Assembly (NCBI GenBank): GCA_040770225.1
Contig: JAXGJN010000004.1
Location: forward strand, 34,919 to 98,918
Origin: Anaerolineaceae bacterium
Lineage (GTDB): Bacteria > Chloroflexota > Anaerolineae > Anaerolineales > Anaerolineaceae
Reading direction: 5' to 3'
Length of the DNA: 64,000 nucleotides
Shown here in pieces: positions 28,871 to 39,355 of the stretch. A model generated the notes under the pieces. That model was given only the letters and a program-made list of their open reading frames with translations, was not told the origin of the DNA and made no database searches. The first letter of the stretch is position 1, and every line of letters begins with the position of its first letter. Position numbers and translations under genes: made by a program.

Positions 28871-29012
28871 GTAACTCCCCAAGATTACCAGGAAAGAAAT
28901 CTGTTCAGAAAAATTTTTTATCGAAAGGAAGGTGACTATCGACCGTAAGAAATAGCTTCTTCTTCATGAACCAATATTTTTATTCAACCACATAAAAAAA
29001 GGAGAAATATTC

Positions 29013-29804
29013 ATGGAAAATCGTACTATGAAAGAGTTTATTGGCGAAGTGTTCGGCACCTTCATCCTGATTCTGCTCGGTGATGGCGTCGTCGCCAATG
29101 TTGGTCTGGCTCCTCGTGTTGCCGGTACCGCATACAACTGGAACACCATTACCATTGGCTGGGCGTTTGCAGTGATTATCGCTGTCTACATTTCTGGTGG
29201 TATCTCTGGTGCGCACCTCAATCCCGCTGTGACCCTTGGTTTGGCTGTCCGCCGTGGCTTCCCCTGGAAGAAGGTTCTGCCCTTCATCGTTGCTCAGATG
29301 ATCGGTGCTTTCCTTGGTGCTGCTGCTGTTTATTTCATCTATCGCGATGGTCTCGTGGCTGCTGGTATGCCCAATGTCTGGTCAACCGGTCCTGGCTCGA
29401 TCTTCGGACAGACTTGGTTTGGCGCCGAGAGCTCAGGCGCAACGGGTTCCTACAGCATGATCACCGCTATCATTGCGGAACTCTTTGGCACCTTCGTTCT
29501 GATCTGGGGTATTGCTGCCAGTGGTGACATGAAGAATATGGGACTTAAGGATAATTTCGGTCCATTCATTGTCGGTTTCGCTGTGTTGGCTGTTGGTCTT
29601 TCCCTCGGCGGTCCTTCTGGCTATTCCATCAATCCTGCTCGTGACCTTGGTCCCCGCCTCTTTGGTGCTCTCGCTGGAACCAAAGGCTTGTTCGATGGAC
29701 TTTACTGGCTGATCCCGCCAGTGCTGATTCCAGCAATTGCTGGTCCTATCGGCTTCTGGCTCTACGACATGGTTGTTGCAAAGAACCTGCCTCACAAAGA
29801 ATAG
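29013..29804 (+). CDS. glpF: aquaglyceroporin / glycerol uptake facilitator
   Basis: Two NPA boxes (HLNPAVT, INPARD). Confidence 0.9.
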   Translation: MENRTMKEFIGEVFGTFILILLGDGVVANVGLAPRVAGTAYNWNTITIGWAFAVIIAVYISGGISGAHLNPAVTLGLAVRRGFPWKKVLPFIVAQMIGAFLGAAAVYFIYRDGLVAAGMPNVWSTGPGSIFGQTWFGAESSGATGSYSMITAIIAELFGTFVLIWGIAASGDMKNMGLKDNFGPFIVGFAVLAVGLSLGGPSGYSINPARDLGPRLFGALAGTKGLFDGLYWLIPPVLIPAIAGPIGFWLYDMVVAKNLPHKE

Positions 29805-29893
29805 TTTTTAATTACGACCACACAATGACCGCTGGTCACGACGACGCTTGATCAAGGCAGGGTCGTACCAAGTAAGAAAAGGAGACTACCTAT

Positions 29894-30895
29894 ATGAAAA
29901 AATTGATCAATAACCCTGAAGATGTTGTGAAAGAAGAACTCAAAGGCATTGAATTGGCTCATCCCGATCTGGTCAAGGTCTTCTACGACCCTGACTTCAT
30001 CGTTCGCGCTGATGCACCCGTTCAAGGCAAAGTTGCGCTGGTCTCCGGTGGGGGCAGCGGTCATGAACCCATGCATGGTGGTTTTGTGGGCAAAGGCATG
30101 TTAGACGGCGCCTGCCCGGGTGCTGTCTTTACCAGCCCAACCCCAGATCAGATGCTTGAGGCTACCAAAGCCGTTGACGGCGGAGCTGGCGTTCTGCATA
30201 TCGTGAAGAACTACACCGGCGATGTAATGAACTTCGAAATGGCTGCCGATCTGGCGCGTGGAGAAGGCATTGAAGTCGAATCGGTCCTCGTCGATGACGA
30301 TGTTGCTGTTGAAAACAGCACCTGGACTGCCGGACGACGTGGTGTTGGTCTGACGGTATTGATGGAAAAAATCGTCGGCGCGGCTGCTGAGGAAGGTCGT
30401 TCGCTCAATGAATGCGCCGACCTTGCTCGCAAAGTTAATGCGCAAGGTCGCAGCATGGGAATGGCGCTGACTTCCTGCACGGTTCCTCATGTGGGCAAAC
30501 CCTCGTTCGATCTGCCCGAAGATGAAATGGAAATCGGTATCGGTATCCATGGCGAACCTGGTCGTCATCGCATGAAGCTCGAATCAGCAGACAAGATCAC
30601 TGAGATGCTGGTCGGCCCTGTTGTCGAAGATCTGCCCTTTAAAGAAGGGGATGAGGTCCTGCTGTTTGTCAATAGCATGGGCGGCACCCCCTTGATCGAG
30701 CTTTACATCGTTTATAGAAAAGCGGTGGAATTGCTCGAAGCAAAAGGGATCAAGGTTGTTCGCCATCTTATCGGTCCTTACATCACCAGCCTCGAAATGG
30801 CTGGGATGTCCATCACCCTTCTGAAGATGGATGAAGACCTTAAGAAACTCTGGGATGCGCCGGTAAAAACCGCCGGAATGCGCTGGGGTATATAG
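29894..30895 (+). CDS. dhaK: dihydroxyacetone kinase subunit DhaK
   Basis: [24 protein letters not shown]. Confidence 0.95.
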   Translation: MKKLINNPEDVVKEELKGIELAHPDLVKVFYDPDFIVRADAPVQGKVALVSGGGSGHEPMHGGFVGKGMLDGACPGAVFTSPTPDQMLEATKAVDGGAGVLHIVKNYTGDVMNFEMAADLARGEGIEVESVLVDDDVAVENSTWTAGRRGVGLTVLMEKIVGAAAEEGRSLNECADLARKVNAQGRSMGMALTSCTVPHVGKPSFDLPEDEMEIGIGIHGEPGRHRMKLESADKITEMLVGPVVEDLPFKEGDEVLLFVNSMGGTPLIELYIVYRKAVELLEAKGIKVVRHLIGPYITSLEMAGMSITLLKMDEDLKKLWDAPVKTAGMRWGI

Positions 30896-30910
30896 TTATA
30901 TCGAAGATAC

Positions 30911-30937
30911 GCTACTGGAGTTCAACACTCCAGTAGC
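30911..30937 (+). other. intercistronic stem-loop between dhaK and dhaL
   Basis: GCTACTGGAG-ttcaaca-CTCCAGTAGC, no T-run. Confidence 0.5.
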
Positions 30938-30954
30938 GCCTTAAAGAGGCAAAT

Positions 30955-31590
30955 GTGGCTATTACTAGAGATGATGTATTGAAATGGGTAACAACTTTCG
31001 CTCAGGTGATCGAAGAAAACCATGAAATGTTAACCAATCTCGACCGTGAGATTGGCGATGCGGATCATGGTGCCAACATGAGACGCGGTTTCAAAGCGGT
31101 CCTTGAAAAATTACCTTCTGTTGAAGACAAAGATATTGGCACCATTCTGAAGACTGTTGGAATGACGCTTTTATCCAAGGTGGGTGGGGCTGCGGGTCCG
31201 TTATATTCCACGATGTTTATGAAAGCCGGTACAAGCATCGGCGCAAAAACAGAAATGGAATTAAACGATTGGGCTCAAGCTCTGGAAGCAGGCACGGTCG
31301 GCATAGCCAATTTGGGCAAAGCTCAGCCTAACGACAAAACCATGCTGGATGCGTTGTATCCCGCACTAAATGCTTTAGGCGCAGCTATGGGGAATGGTAC
31401 CTCAACAGGTGAAGCCCTGCAAAAATCTGCCGATGCGGCTCACGAAGGCATGCTCGCTACGATCCCATTGGTGGCACGCAAAGGTCGTGCCAGTTACCTG
31501 GGTGAAAGAAGTGCCGGGCATCAGGACCCTGGAGCGACTTCAACCTATTTCCTCATCAAATCAGCCGCTGATACATGGAAAGACTGCTAA
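30955..31590 (+). CDS. dhaL: dihydroxyacetone kinase subunit DhaL
   Basis: LDREIGDADHGANM, GGAAGPLY motifs; GTG start. Confidence 0.9.
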   Translation: MAITRDDVLKWVTTFAQVIEENHEMLTNLDREIGDADHGANMRRGFKAVLEKLPSVEDKDIGTILKTVGMTLLSKVGGAAGPLYSTMFMKAGTSIGAKTEMELNDWAQALEAGTVGIANLGKAQPNDKTMLDALYPALNALGAAMGNGTSTGEALQKSADAAHEGMLATIPLVARKGRASYLGERSAGHQDPGATSTYFLIKSAADTWKDC

Positions 31591-31626
31591 AGTCTGAATT
31601 TCAACCAATCAAAAAAGGAGAAAATT

Positions 31627-33129
31627 ATGGCAAAATATGTAGGCGCAATCGATCAAGGAACCACCAGCACCCGATTTATGGTGTTCGACCATTCCGGTAA
31701 AGTGGTTGGCTATGATCAAAAAGAGCACGAACAGATTTATCCAAAACCAGGATGGGTTGAACACAATCCGTTGGAAATCTGGCAAGCAACCCAAGATGTT
31801 ATCAAGGGCGCGCTGGATAAACTAAAGATCGATGTCAAGGAAATTGCTGCGATTGGTATCACCAACCAACGCGAAACCACAGTCGTATGGGAAAAAGCCA
31901 CTGGCAAACCAGTTTATAACGCCATTGTCTGGCAGGATACCCGTACAGATCTGATTTGTAACGAATTAGCCAAAGACGGTGGGCAGGATCGCTTCCGCAC
32001 CAAAGTCGGTCTGCCTCTGGCAACCTACTTCTCCGGTATGAAAGCAAAATGGATTCTTGACAATCACCCCGAACTGAAAGAAAAGGCTGAAAAAGGCGAG
32101 ATCCTCTTTGGCAACATCGACACCTGGGTGATCTGGAACCTCACTGGTGGTCCTCGCGGTGGCGTCCATGTGACTGATGTCTCCAACGCTTCCCGAACCT
32201 TCATGATGAATTTGGAAACCCTTGACTGGGATCCTGAGATGCTCAAAATCCTGGGCATCCCCCGCGCTATGCTCCCCGACATCAAAGCCTCCAGCCAGGT
32301 TTATGGTTATGTCAAGGGTGGCCTGTTGGATGGCATCCCCGTGGCAGGCGATCTGGGCGACCAACAGGCTGCTCTCTTTGGACAAACCTGCTACAGCGCT
32401 GGTGAAGCCAAGAACACCTATGGCACCGGCTGCTTCATGCTCATGAACACTGGCACAGAACCGATCCAATCCAAGAATGGTCTGCTGACCACCCTCGGTT
32501 ACAAAATCGGCAATGAACCCGCTGTGTATGCCCTGGAAGGCTCCATCGCCATCACCGGTGCCCTTGTGCAGTGGCTGCGTGACAACCTGAAGATGATCGA
32601 GAAATCATCTGATATCGAAATGCTTGCCAACTCTGTCGAAGATGCTGGCGGTATCTACTTTGTCCCCGCCTTCTCCGGTCTTTACGCTCCCTATTGGAAG
32701 AGCGATGCCCGTGGTGCGATTGTCGGTCTGACCCGCTATATCAATGGTGGTCACCTGGCACGTGCCGTACTTGAGGCAACCGCCTACCAGACCGCTGAAG
32801 TTCTGGAAGCTATGAACAAGGACTCTGGTGTCGATCTGACCGCCCTGAAAGTCGACGGCGGTATGGTCTTCAACGAGACCCTGATGCAATTCCAGTCCGA
32901 TATCCTTGGCGTTCCCGTGATTCGCCCGACTGTCGCAGAAACCACCGCCCTTGGCGCTGCTTATGCAGCTGGCTTGGCAGTTGGATTCTGGGAGAAGGTC
33001 GAAGACCTGCGCGTCAACTGGGGTAAGGATAAAGAATGGCACCCCAAGATGGATGCAGACACCCGCGCCAAACTCTACAAGGGTTGGAAGAAAGCGGTCA
33101 CCCGCACCTTCGATTGGGTCGAAAACTAA
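31627..33129 (+). CDS. glpK: glycerol kinase
   Basis: [25 protein letters not shown]-like [14 protein letters not shown]. Confidence 0.97.
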   Translation: MAKYVGAIDQGTTSTRFMVFDHSGKVVGYDQKEHEQIYPKPGWVEHNPLEIWQATQDVIKGALDKLKIDVKEIAAIGITNQRETTVVWEKATGKPVYNAIVWQDTRTDLICNELAKDGGQDRFRTKVGLPLATYFSGMKAKWILDNHPELKEKAEKGEILFGNIDTWVIWNLTGGPRGGVHVTDVSNASRTFMMNLETLDWDPEMLKILGIPRAMLPDIKASSQVYGYVKGGLLDGIPVAGDLGDQQAALFGQTCYSAGEAKNTYGTGCFMLMNTGTEPIQSKNGLLTTLGYKIGNEPAVYALEGSIAITGALVQWLRDNLKMIEKSSDIEMLANSVEDAGGIYFVPAFSGLYAPYWKSDARGAIVGLTRYINGGHLARAVLEATAYQTAEVLEAMNKDSGVDLTALKVDGGMVFNETLMQFQSDILGVPVIRPTVAETTALGAAYAAGLAVGFWEKVEDLRVNWGKDKEWHPKMDADTRAKLYKGWKKAVTRTFDWVEN

Positions 33130-33150
33130 TTTCGTAGATAGTTTAGAATT

Positions 33151-33187
33151 ATGGGGCGGGGCCTTGCGCCTCCGCCCCATATTTTTT
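33151..33187 (+). terminator. GC-rich hairpin terminator after glpK
   Basis: ATGGGGCGGGGC-cttgc-GCCtCCGCCCCAT followed by T6. Confidence 0.7.
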
Positions 33188-33205
33188 GCCAGACTGGAGA
33201 AAACA

Positions 33206-33499
33206 ATGAGTAGCAAAAACAAAAAATCCAAAACCAAGCAAAAGGAAGAGTTGAACTGGGATGAACTTCGCAAGCCATGGATCAAAAAGAAAACCGGTTT
33301 TATCGTCATTACGATTGTCAGTATTGCGCTTGCCATCCTGACCGCAGTCCAGATTGTCATGGGCAGTGGTGATTGGGGAAATGCCATCATGTGGGGGCTT
33401 ATTTTTGGTGCTATGGTTTGGCTGGTTTTCTTCGGAATGTCCTGGTTTCAAGGTCTCATGCATCCCAAACCAACCGACGATCCCAACGATAAAAAATAG
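33206..33499 (+). CDS. small Lys-rich two-TM membrane protein
   Basis: GGAGA RBS 6 nt before ATG 33206; sits between glpK and dhaM. Confidence 0.45.
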   Translation: MSSKNKKSKTKQKEELNWDELRKPWIKKKTGFIVITIVSIALAILTAVQIVMGSGDWGNAIMWGLIFGAMVWLVFFGMSWFQGLMHPKPTDDPNDKK

Positions 33500-33508
33500 A
33501 GGGGTAAA

Positions 33509-34264
33509 ATGGTCAACATCTTACTTGTCTCCCACAGTCATAAACTTGCCCAGGGAACTGCCGAGTTGGTCAGGCAGATGGCTCCTTCACCAGACCTGAA
33601 GATCAGAGTCGCGGCTGGAATTGGGGACGATCACAACGATATTGGCACTGATGCAGTCGAAATTATGGAAGCCTTAAGTGAACTTGCTGAGGGTTCTGAC
33701 GTATTGGTACTGATGGACCTGGGCAGTGCAGTTTTAAGCACAGAAATGGCGCTGCAGATGCTTGATGAAAGCATCACAGCCCGGGTGCGGATGTGCCCGG
33801 CTCCGTTTGTAGAGGGGGCGATTGCTGCTGGAGTGCAAGCGAATGCAGGCAGTTCGATTGAGGAAGTTTACGACGAAGCAATCCATGCCCTTGCTGCCAA
33901 ACAACAGCAGATCATCGGTGATCAGCTTGTTCAGCCAATGGCTCCAGCAATGGAAAATGTAGTTGAAACTGAATCAAATCATATTGCCGAAGATGCTGAA
34001 TTATTGGTGACCGTTACCAACCCCTCCGGCTTGCACGCCCGCCCGGCAGCAACCTTCATTCAGACAGTCAAGAAATACGATGCCCATTTGACTGTCACCA
34101 ATCGCACCAACGCGGCTGAACCGGTCTTGGTCAAAGGGATGATCTCAGTCATGCTTTTAGCAGCCAAACAGGGCGATGAGCTCATGCTGCAAGCTGCCGG
34201 TCCGGATAAGAACGAAATGTTGGCTGAACTAAAGGAATTATTCTTGACCAACTTTGGGGAGTAG
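33509..34264 (+). CDS. dhaM: PTS-dependent dihydroxyacetone kinase phosphotransferase subunit DhaM (EIIA-Man-like + HPr domains)
   Basis: ILLVSHSHKLAQG N-domain; HPr-like NPSGLHARPAA. Confidence 0.85.
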   Translation: MVNILLVSHSHKLAQGTAELVRQMAPSPDLKIRVAAGIGDDHNDIGTDAVEIMEALSELAEGSDVLVLMDLGSAVLSTEMALQMLDESITARVRMCPAPFVEGAIAAGVQANAGSSIEEVYDEAIHALAAKQQQIIGDQLVQPMAPAMENVVETESNHIAEDAELLVTVTNPSGLHARPAATFIQTVKKYDAHLTVTNRTNAAEPVLVKGMISVMLLAAKQGDELMLQAAGPDKNEMLAELKELFLTNFGE

Positions 34265-34601
34265 ACCAACATGTGAATAAGTGCGAGCATCAAGAGGTAA
34301 ACGTACTTTGTGAGTGACCTCATACGCGACCATGGCAATTTTCCCTTCATGTTTCCAATTTCGCAAAAAAGACATATTATCTCTGTTGTCGGCGCGGTCA
34401 TAATACACATATCTTACTCAAAAAAATAACTGTTTAGTACCCCTGACCAATTCTTCATCATGTACGTGATGTCACTATGCCTCAAACATCGTCACATACC
34501 TTGAGGTCTAATCCTTGAAGAATCGTTCATGTACACAAAGGTGAAGAGAGATTCATGGTGAATGATTTTTTTCCATCAAAACCTGCTACTTGTAAATTTA
34601 C

Positions 34602-34630
34602 TTGACTTCCTACTGGATAAGTCGTAAAGT
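34602..34630 (+). promoter_or_regulatory. sigma70-type promoter of marR-ABC operon
   Basis: TTGACT, 17-nt spacer, TAAAGT. Confidence 0.45.
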
Positions 34631-34638
34631 TAACCGCT

Positions 34639-34651
34639 CTTAACTATTAAG
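34639..34651. promoter_or_regulatory. palindrome CTTAA-cta-TTAAG, candidate MarR operator
   Basis: Perfect 5-bp inverted repeat between -10 and start codon. Confidence 0.35.
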
Positions 34652-34660
34652 TAGGATTAA

Positions 34661-35131
34661 ATGAACCAAGGTTTTCTTCAATCTCTTTTCGACCTGGCAG
34701 ATCTGATCGCACGATATTCCATCATCGAGCGCTTTCATTTCATTCAGGAATCCGGGCTTTCCCACAGCCAGATGATGAGCCTCTTCTATTTACACCGAAA
34801 CCATAACGTCGCTCTCAAGGATCTTTCCACCCATTTAGGGATCTCAAACCCGGCAGTTTCGCAATTAGCTGAAAAACTGGTGCGTGCGGGTCTGGTAAAA
34901 CGGATAGCTAATCCCCATGACCGACGCGGTAAAATGCTCGAATTGACCGAAGAGGGGAGCAAATTGGTTTCCCAGGCCAAGATCGCTCATCATCAATGGA
35001 TCCAGTCTTTAGCCGCCACCATTCAACCCGAACAAATACCGGTGATCCAGCAATCAATTGAGATCATACTTAACAAACATGCCTTGCTGCAATCTGAAGA
35101 AAACCACTCTACCCCTCAAGGTGAAAAATAA
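34661..35131 (+). CDS. MarR-family transcriptional regulator
   Basis: Winged-helix segment LKDLSTHLGISNPAVSQLAEKLVRAGLVKR...DRRGK. Confidence 0.85.
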   Translation: MNQGFLQSLFDLADLIARYSIIERFHFIQESGLSHSQMMSLFYLHRNHNVALKDLSTHLGISNPAVSQLAEKLVRAGLVKRIANPHDRRGKMLELTEEGSKLVSQAKIAHHQWIQSLAATIQPEQIPVIQQSIEIILNKHALLQSEENHSTPQGEK

Positions 35132-35134
35132 CTC

Positions 35135-37378
35135 ATGCTAAGACTGAAAAAATACATCCTCCCCTATTGGAAAAGCATCCTCCTGGCCATTGTCATGGTG
35201 GTCGTGGTGGCTGCAGCTGACCTCTCGCTGCCCGACCTGCTCTCTCAGATCATAAACGTCGGCATTCAGCAGCGTGGTATCGAAAGCGGGGCTCCCGACG
35301 CCCTCAGCACTGAGACAATGCAATCGTTGCAGCTGCTGGAAAGCCCGCAGGACTATGAGATCATCCTCTCGAATTACGAATTGGTGGAACCGGGATCGAG
35401 TCAGACACCAACCCTGATTGAGAAGATCCCCGCCCTGCAGAACGAGTCTGTTTACGTCCTCAAACCACTGGAGGACGCCCAAAAGCAGAGTCTTGAAAAC
35501 CTGATTTCCAAACCTCTGATCTTCATCCAGGCAATCAATTTAATTCAAAACAATCCAGATCAGGCAAAACAGCTCCTTGGAGAGAATTTCCCAACTCAGA
35601 TGATGAACATCCCGCAAGGAGTCAGCCTGGAACAATTGCTGCAAGCAATGCCAGCTGAACAGAAAGCCATCCTGGAAAAAGCTGTAACCGACCACCTGAC
35701 CTCATTGGAAGGCTCGATCTTACACCAGCTGACCATTTCTTCTGTCAACGCTGAATACATCCGACTGGGGATCGACACGCAAAAGACCCAAAACCAATAC
35801 ATCCTTAATATCGGACTTCGAATGATCCTGGTGGCTGTGATTGGATTGATCTCGTCCCTGATTGTCAGCTTTCTCGCCTCCCGCACTTCAGCAGGTGTTG
35901 CCAGAGATGTGCGTTCAGCTGTCTTCACGAAGGTGGAAAACTTCACAACCGCTGAATTCGAAAAATTTTCGACAGCTTCTCTCATCACCCGCACAACCAA
36001 TGATGTCAGCCAGGTTCAAATGGTCGTGTTCATGCTGATCAGAATGGCAGTCCAGGCGCCCATGATCGGAACCCTGGGCATCATCTACGCCCTCGATAAA
36101 AGCCCTGGCATGTGGTGGACCATTGCATTGGTTGTTGGTTCGCTCCTGCTCGTCATCATCACCCTTTTTAGTATTGTTCTGCCCAAATTCAAGGTGATCC
36201 AGCAGCTCATCGATCGTCTCAACCTTGTCCTGCGCGAAAACCTATCGGGCATGTTGGTCGTCAGAGCATTTAACAAACAACGTTATGAAGAAAACCGTTT
36301 TGATAAAGCCAACCTGGATGTCACCGACAACCAGATCTTCATCGGCAGGGCAATGTCTTTTGTCTTCCCATTGATGAACCTGGTCATGTTGGGTGGACAG
36401 GTATTGATCATTGCGGTCGGAGCACGCTTCGTTGCTCAGAGCTCGCTTCAGGTTGGTAATCTGATTGCCTTCATGCAATATTCGATGCAAATATTTTTCT
36501 CCTTTATGCATCTTTCCATGTTGTTTATCTTCATCCCCCGTGCTGCTGTTTCGGGTGCCCGTATTGCTGATGTGCTTGAAACTCCTATCGTGATCACAGA
36601 CCCCCAGGAACCAAAGGTTCTCGGACAACCTGTCAGGGGACTGGTGGAGTTTCATGATGTCGATTTCAGATACCCGGATGCCGAGGAAGATGTATTGCAC
36701 GATATCAGCTTCAGGGCAGAACCTGGTCAGGTAACCGCAATTATCGGTTCCACAGGATCCGGCAAATCGACCCTCATCAACCTTCTGCCACGCTTCTTCG
36801 ACGTCACCAAAGGTGCCATAACATTGGATGGCATCAATATCCGTGAGTTGACACAAAAGGAACTACGCGATCAAATCGGTTACGCTCCCCAGAAGGGACT
36901 CTTGTTCAGCGGCAGCGTTGCCAGTAATTTAATGATAGGCAAGCCTGAAGCCAGTGAGGAGGAGATGCTGGAAGCCATTCAGATTGCACAGGCTGAAGAT
37001 TTTGTTTGTAAGGATGAAGACGGACTGAATATGGAAATATCTCAGGGTGGAACCAATGTTTCAGGAGGACAAAAACAACGCCTTTCCATCGCAAGGGCGG
37101 TGATCAAGAAACCACCGGTGTTCATTTTTGACGACACCTTCTCAGCGCTCGATTTCAAAACGGATGCCGCTCTACGCCAGGCGATCGCTCAGAAACTGAG
37201 TGACAGTACCTTGTTGGTGGTAACACAGCGCGTATCGACTGCCAAGCTCTCAGACCAGATCCTTGTTCTGGATAACGGGCGTGTGGTTGGCAAAGGAAAG
37301 CATAGTGATCTGATGCGTTCTTGTGAGACCTACCAGGAGATTGCCAATTCCCAGCTAAGTGAAGAGGAGTTAGCATGA
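35135..37378 (+). CDS. ABC exporter fused permease/ATPase with ~150-aa insertion in first external loop
   Basis: Walker A GSTGSGKST, VSGGQKQR, Walker B FIFDD. Confidence 0.9.
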   Translation: MLRLKKYILPYWKSILLAIVMVVVVAAADLSLPDLLSQIINVGIQQRGIESGAPDALSTETMQSLQLLESPQDYEIILSNYELVEPGSSQTPTLIEKIPALQNESVYVLKPLEDAQKQSLENLISKPLIFIQAINLIQNNPDQAKQLLGENFPTQMMNIPQGVSLEQLLQAMPAEQKAILEKAVTDHLTSLEGSILHQLTISSVNAEYIRLGIDTQKTQNQYILNIGLRMILVAVIGLISSLIVSFLASRTSAGVARDVRSAVFTKVENFTTAEFEKFSTASLITRTTNDVSQVQMVVFMLIRMAVQAPMIGTLGIIYALDKSPGMWWTIALVVGSLLLVIITLFSIVLPKFKVIQQLIDRLNLVLRENLSGMLVVRAFNKQRYEENRFDKANLDVTDNQIFIGRAMSFVFPLMNLVMLGGQVLIIAVGARFVAQSSLQVGNLIAFMQYSMQIFFSFMHLSMLFIFIPRAAVSGARIADVLETPIVITDPQEPKVLGQPVRGLVEFHDVDFRYPDAEEDVLHDISFRAEPGQVTAIIGSTGSGKSTLINLLPRFFDVTKGAITLDGINIRELTQKELRDQIGYAPQKGLLFSGSVASNLMIGKPEASEEEMLEAIQIAQAEDFVCKDEDGLNMEISQGGTNVSGGQKQRLSIARAVIKKPPVFIFDDTFSALDFKTDAALRQAIAQKLSDSTLLVVTQRVSTAKLSDQILVLDNGRVVGKGKHSDLMRSCETYQEIANSQLSEEELA

Positions 37379-39261
37379 GCGAAAACAAACAACCTCAACC
37401 TGGAAACAATACAAAAGTCCAAACCCGCCAACAACCGCCTATGCGGCGGGGTGGTGGTCCTGGTGCCTTGGTACCCGGAGAGAAAGCCCGCGACTTCAAA
37501 GGCAGCATGCGTAATCTGATCCGCTACCTGGGTAAATACAAGTGGATGATCCTTTTTGCCATGCTTTTGGCGGCTGGTTCCACCGTCTTCTCAATTTTTG
37601 GTCCGCGCACCTTGGGTCAGGCTACAACCGAACTCTACCAAGGAGTTCAACGTATGGTCCAAAACGACCCACTTGGAATTGATTTCCCCCGCTTGAATCA
37701 AATTTTGCTTCAGGTATTGATACTTTACTTGATCTCAACCCTTTTGGGTGTGATCCAGGGTTACGTACTGACGACCATTTCTGCAAAAATTACCTACGAT
37801 CTGCGCAAAGAAATTTCAGAAAAGCTCAACCGACTGCCACTCAGCTTTTTTGACCGGGTAACACATGGTGAAGTGCTCTCACGGGTCACAAACGATGTCG
37901 ACACCATCAATCAAACGCTCAACCAGAGTCTCTCTCAAATTATCACGTCACTGACCCGGGTGATAGGCGTCCTGATCATGATGCTCAGCATCAATCTACT
38001 AATGACCCTGATCGGTATCGCCATGGTGCCGGTCGCAATGATCCTGATTCGAGCCGTGGTCAGCAAATCACAAATTTACTATCGCAAGCAGCAGGAATAC
38101 CTGGGTCACATCAACGGTCATGTTGAAGAAATGTATGGTGGTCACGTTGTCCTGAAAGCTTTCAATGGAGAGAAAGCCAGTATTGCCCGCTTTGAGGAAT
38201 TGAACAACACGCTCTTTGACAGCGCCTGGCGTTCACAGCTCCTGACTGCCGTGATCATGCCAAGTATGCGCCTGATAAGCAATTTTGGTTACATCGCAGT
38301 GGCAATGTTGGGTGGTTCGCTTGTGATCCAGGGCAAGCTGAATATTGGTGATATTCAAGCTTTTATCTCATACCTGCGCTCTTTCCAGGATCCCTTGCTG
38401 CAAATTGCTAACATCACCAACATCCTCCAGCAAACCGCAGCAGCCGCAGAACGCGTATTCGAGTTCTTAAATGAGAAGGAAGTTGTCCCCGAGACCCCAA
38501 ACCCTGTCTTTTTAAACTGTGTTGAGGGTGCAGTGGAATTTAAAAATGTACATTTTGGGTACGTATCCGACAATCCTGTGATCAAAGATTTTTCGGTCAA
38601 AGTGGAACCTGGTCAGCAAGTTGCCATTGTTGGACCAACCGGAGCTGGCAAAACCACGCTGGTTAAGCTGCTGATGCGTTATTACGATATCGACAGTGGG
38701 GAGATCCTGGTCGATGGTGTCAATATCAAAAACTTCAGTAGGGCTGATCTGCGCAGCAAGTTTGCGATGGTGCTTCAGGACACCTGGTTATTCAACGGTA
38801 CTATCCGTGAAAACATCCGATACGGTCGCCAGGACGCAACGGATGAAGAAGTGGAAAGTGCCGCCGATATGGCTTATGCCGATCATTTCACACGCACCCT
38901 GCCCGGTGGTTACGAGATGATCCTTAATGAAGATGCTACCAATGTGTCCGCCGGTCAAAAACAGTTGTTGACGATCGCCCGGGCTGTCCTGGCGGATCCG
39001 CCGATCCTAATTTTGGACGAAGCCACCAGCTCAGTCGATACCCGAACGGAAGTTTTAATCCAAAAAGCAATGGATAAACTGATGAAAGGTCGCACATCCT
39101 TCGTGATTGCCCACCGCCTGTCCACCATCCGCAATGCAGACCGGATTCTGGTCTTGAAGGATGGCGACATTGTTGAACAGGGCACGCATGAGAGCTTACT
39201 CGAAGCCGATGGTTTTTATGCTGAGTTGTATAACAGCCAGTTTGTAGCCCAACCGGCGTAA
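37375..39261 (+). CDS. ABC exporter fused permease/ATPase (heterodimer partner)
   Basis: GPTGAGKTT, VSAGQKQL, ILILDEATS; 4-nt overlap with upstream gene. Confidence 0.9.
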   Translation: MSENKQPQPGNNTKVQTRQQPPMRRGGGPGALVPGEKARDFKGSMRNLIRYLGKYKWMILFAMLLAAGSTVFSIFGPRTLGQATTELYQGVQRMVQNDPLGIDFPRLNQILLQVLILYLISTLLGVIQGYVLTTISAKITYDLRKEISEKLNRLPLSFFDRVTHGEVLSRVTNDVDTINQTLNQSLSQIITSLTRVIGVLIMMLSINLLMTLIGIAMVPVAMILIRAVVSKSQIYYRKQQEYLGHINGHVEEMYGGHVVLKAFNGEKASIARFEELNNTLFDSAWRSQLLTAVIMPSMRLISNFGYIAVAMLGGSLVIQGKLNIGDIQAFISYLRSFQDPLLQIANITNILQQTAAAAERVFEFLNEKEVVPETPNPVFLNCVEGAVEFKNVHFGYVSDNPVIKDFSVKVEPGQQVAIVGPTGAGKTTLVKLLMRYYDIDSGEILVDGVNIKNFSRADLRSKFAMVLQDTWLFNGTIRENIRYGRQDATDEEVESAADMAYADHFTRTLPGGYEMILNEDATNVSAGQKQLLTIARAVLADPPILILDEATSSVDTRTEVLIQKAMDKLMKGRTSFVIAHRLSTIRNADRILVLKDGDIVEQGTHESLLEADGFYAELYNSQFVAQPA

Positions 39262-39267
39262 TGAAAT

Positions 39268-39339
39268 GTAGGACGGGATTGAAGGCATTGAAAACCGCGT
39301 TTGAATGCGAACTCCAATGTACCTTCAATCTCGCCCTAA
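39268..39339. repeat. REPIN-like doublet (GTAGGACGGGATTGAAGG ... CCTTCAATCTCGCCCTAA)
   Basis: Inverted arms between convergent gene ends. Confidence 0.6.
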
Positions 39340-39355
39340 GATTTTTATTGCAAAA

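Noticed and set aside
32605-33390. 261-aa minus-strand ORF
   Set aside because: It is antisense to the well-supported glpK 3' end, runs through the glpK terminator and the small TM ORF, and has no recognisable motifs. It is a shadow ORF.
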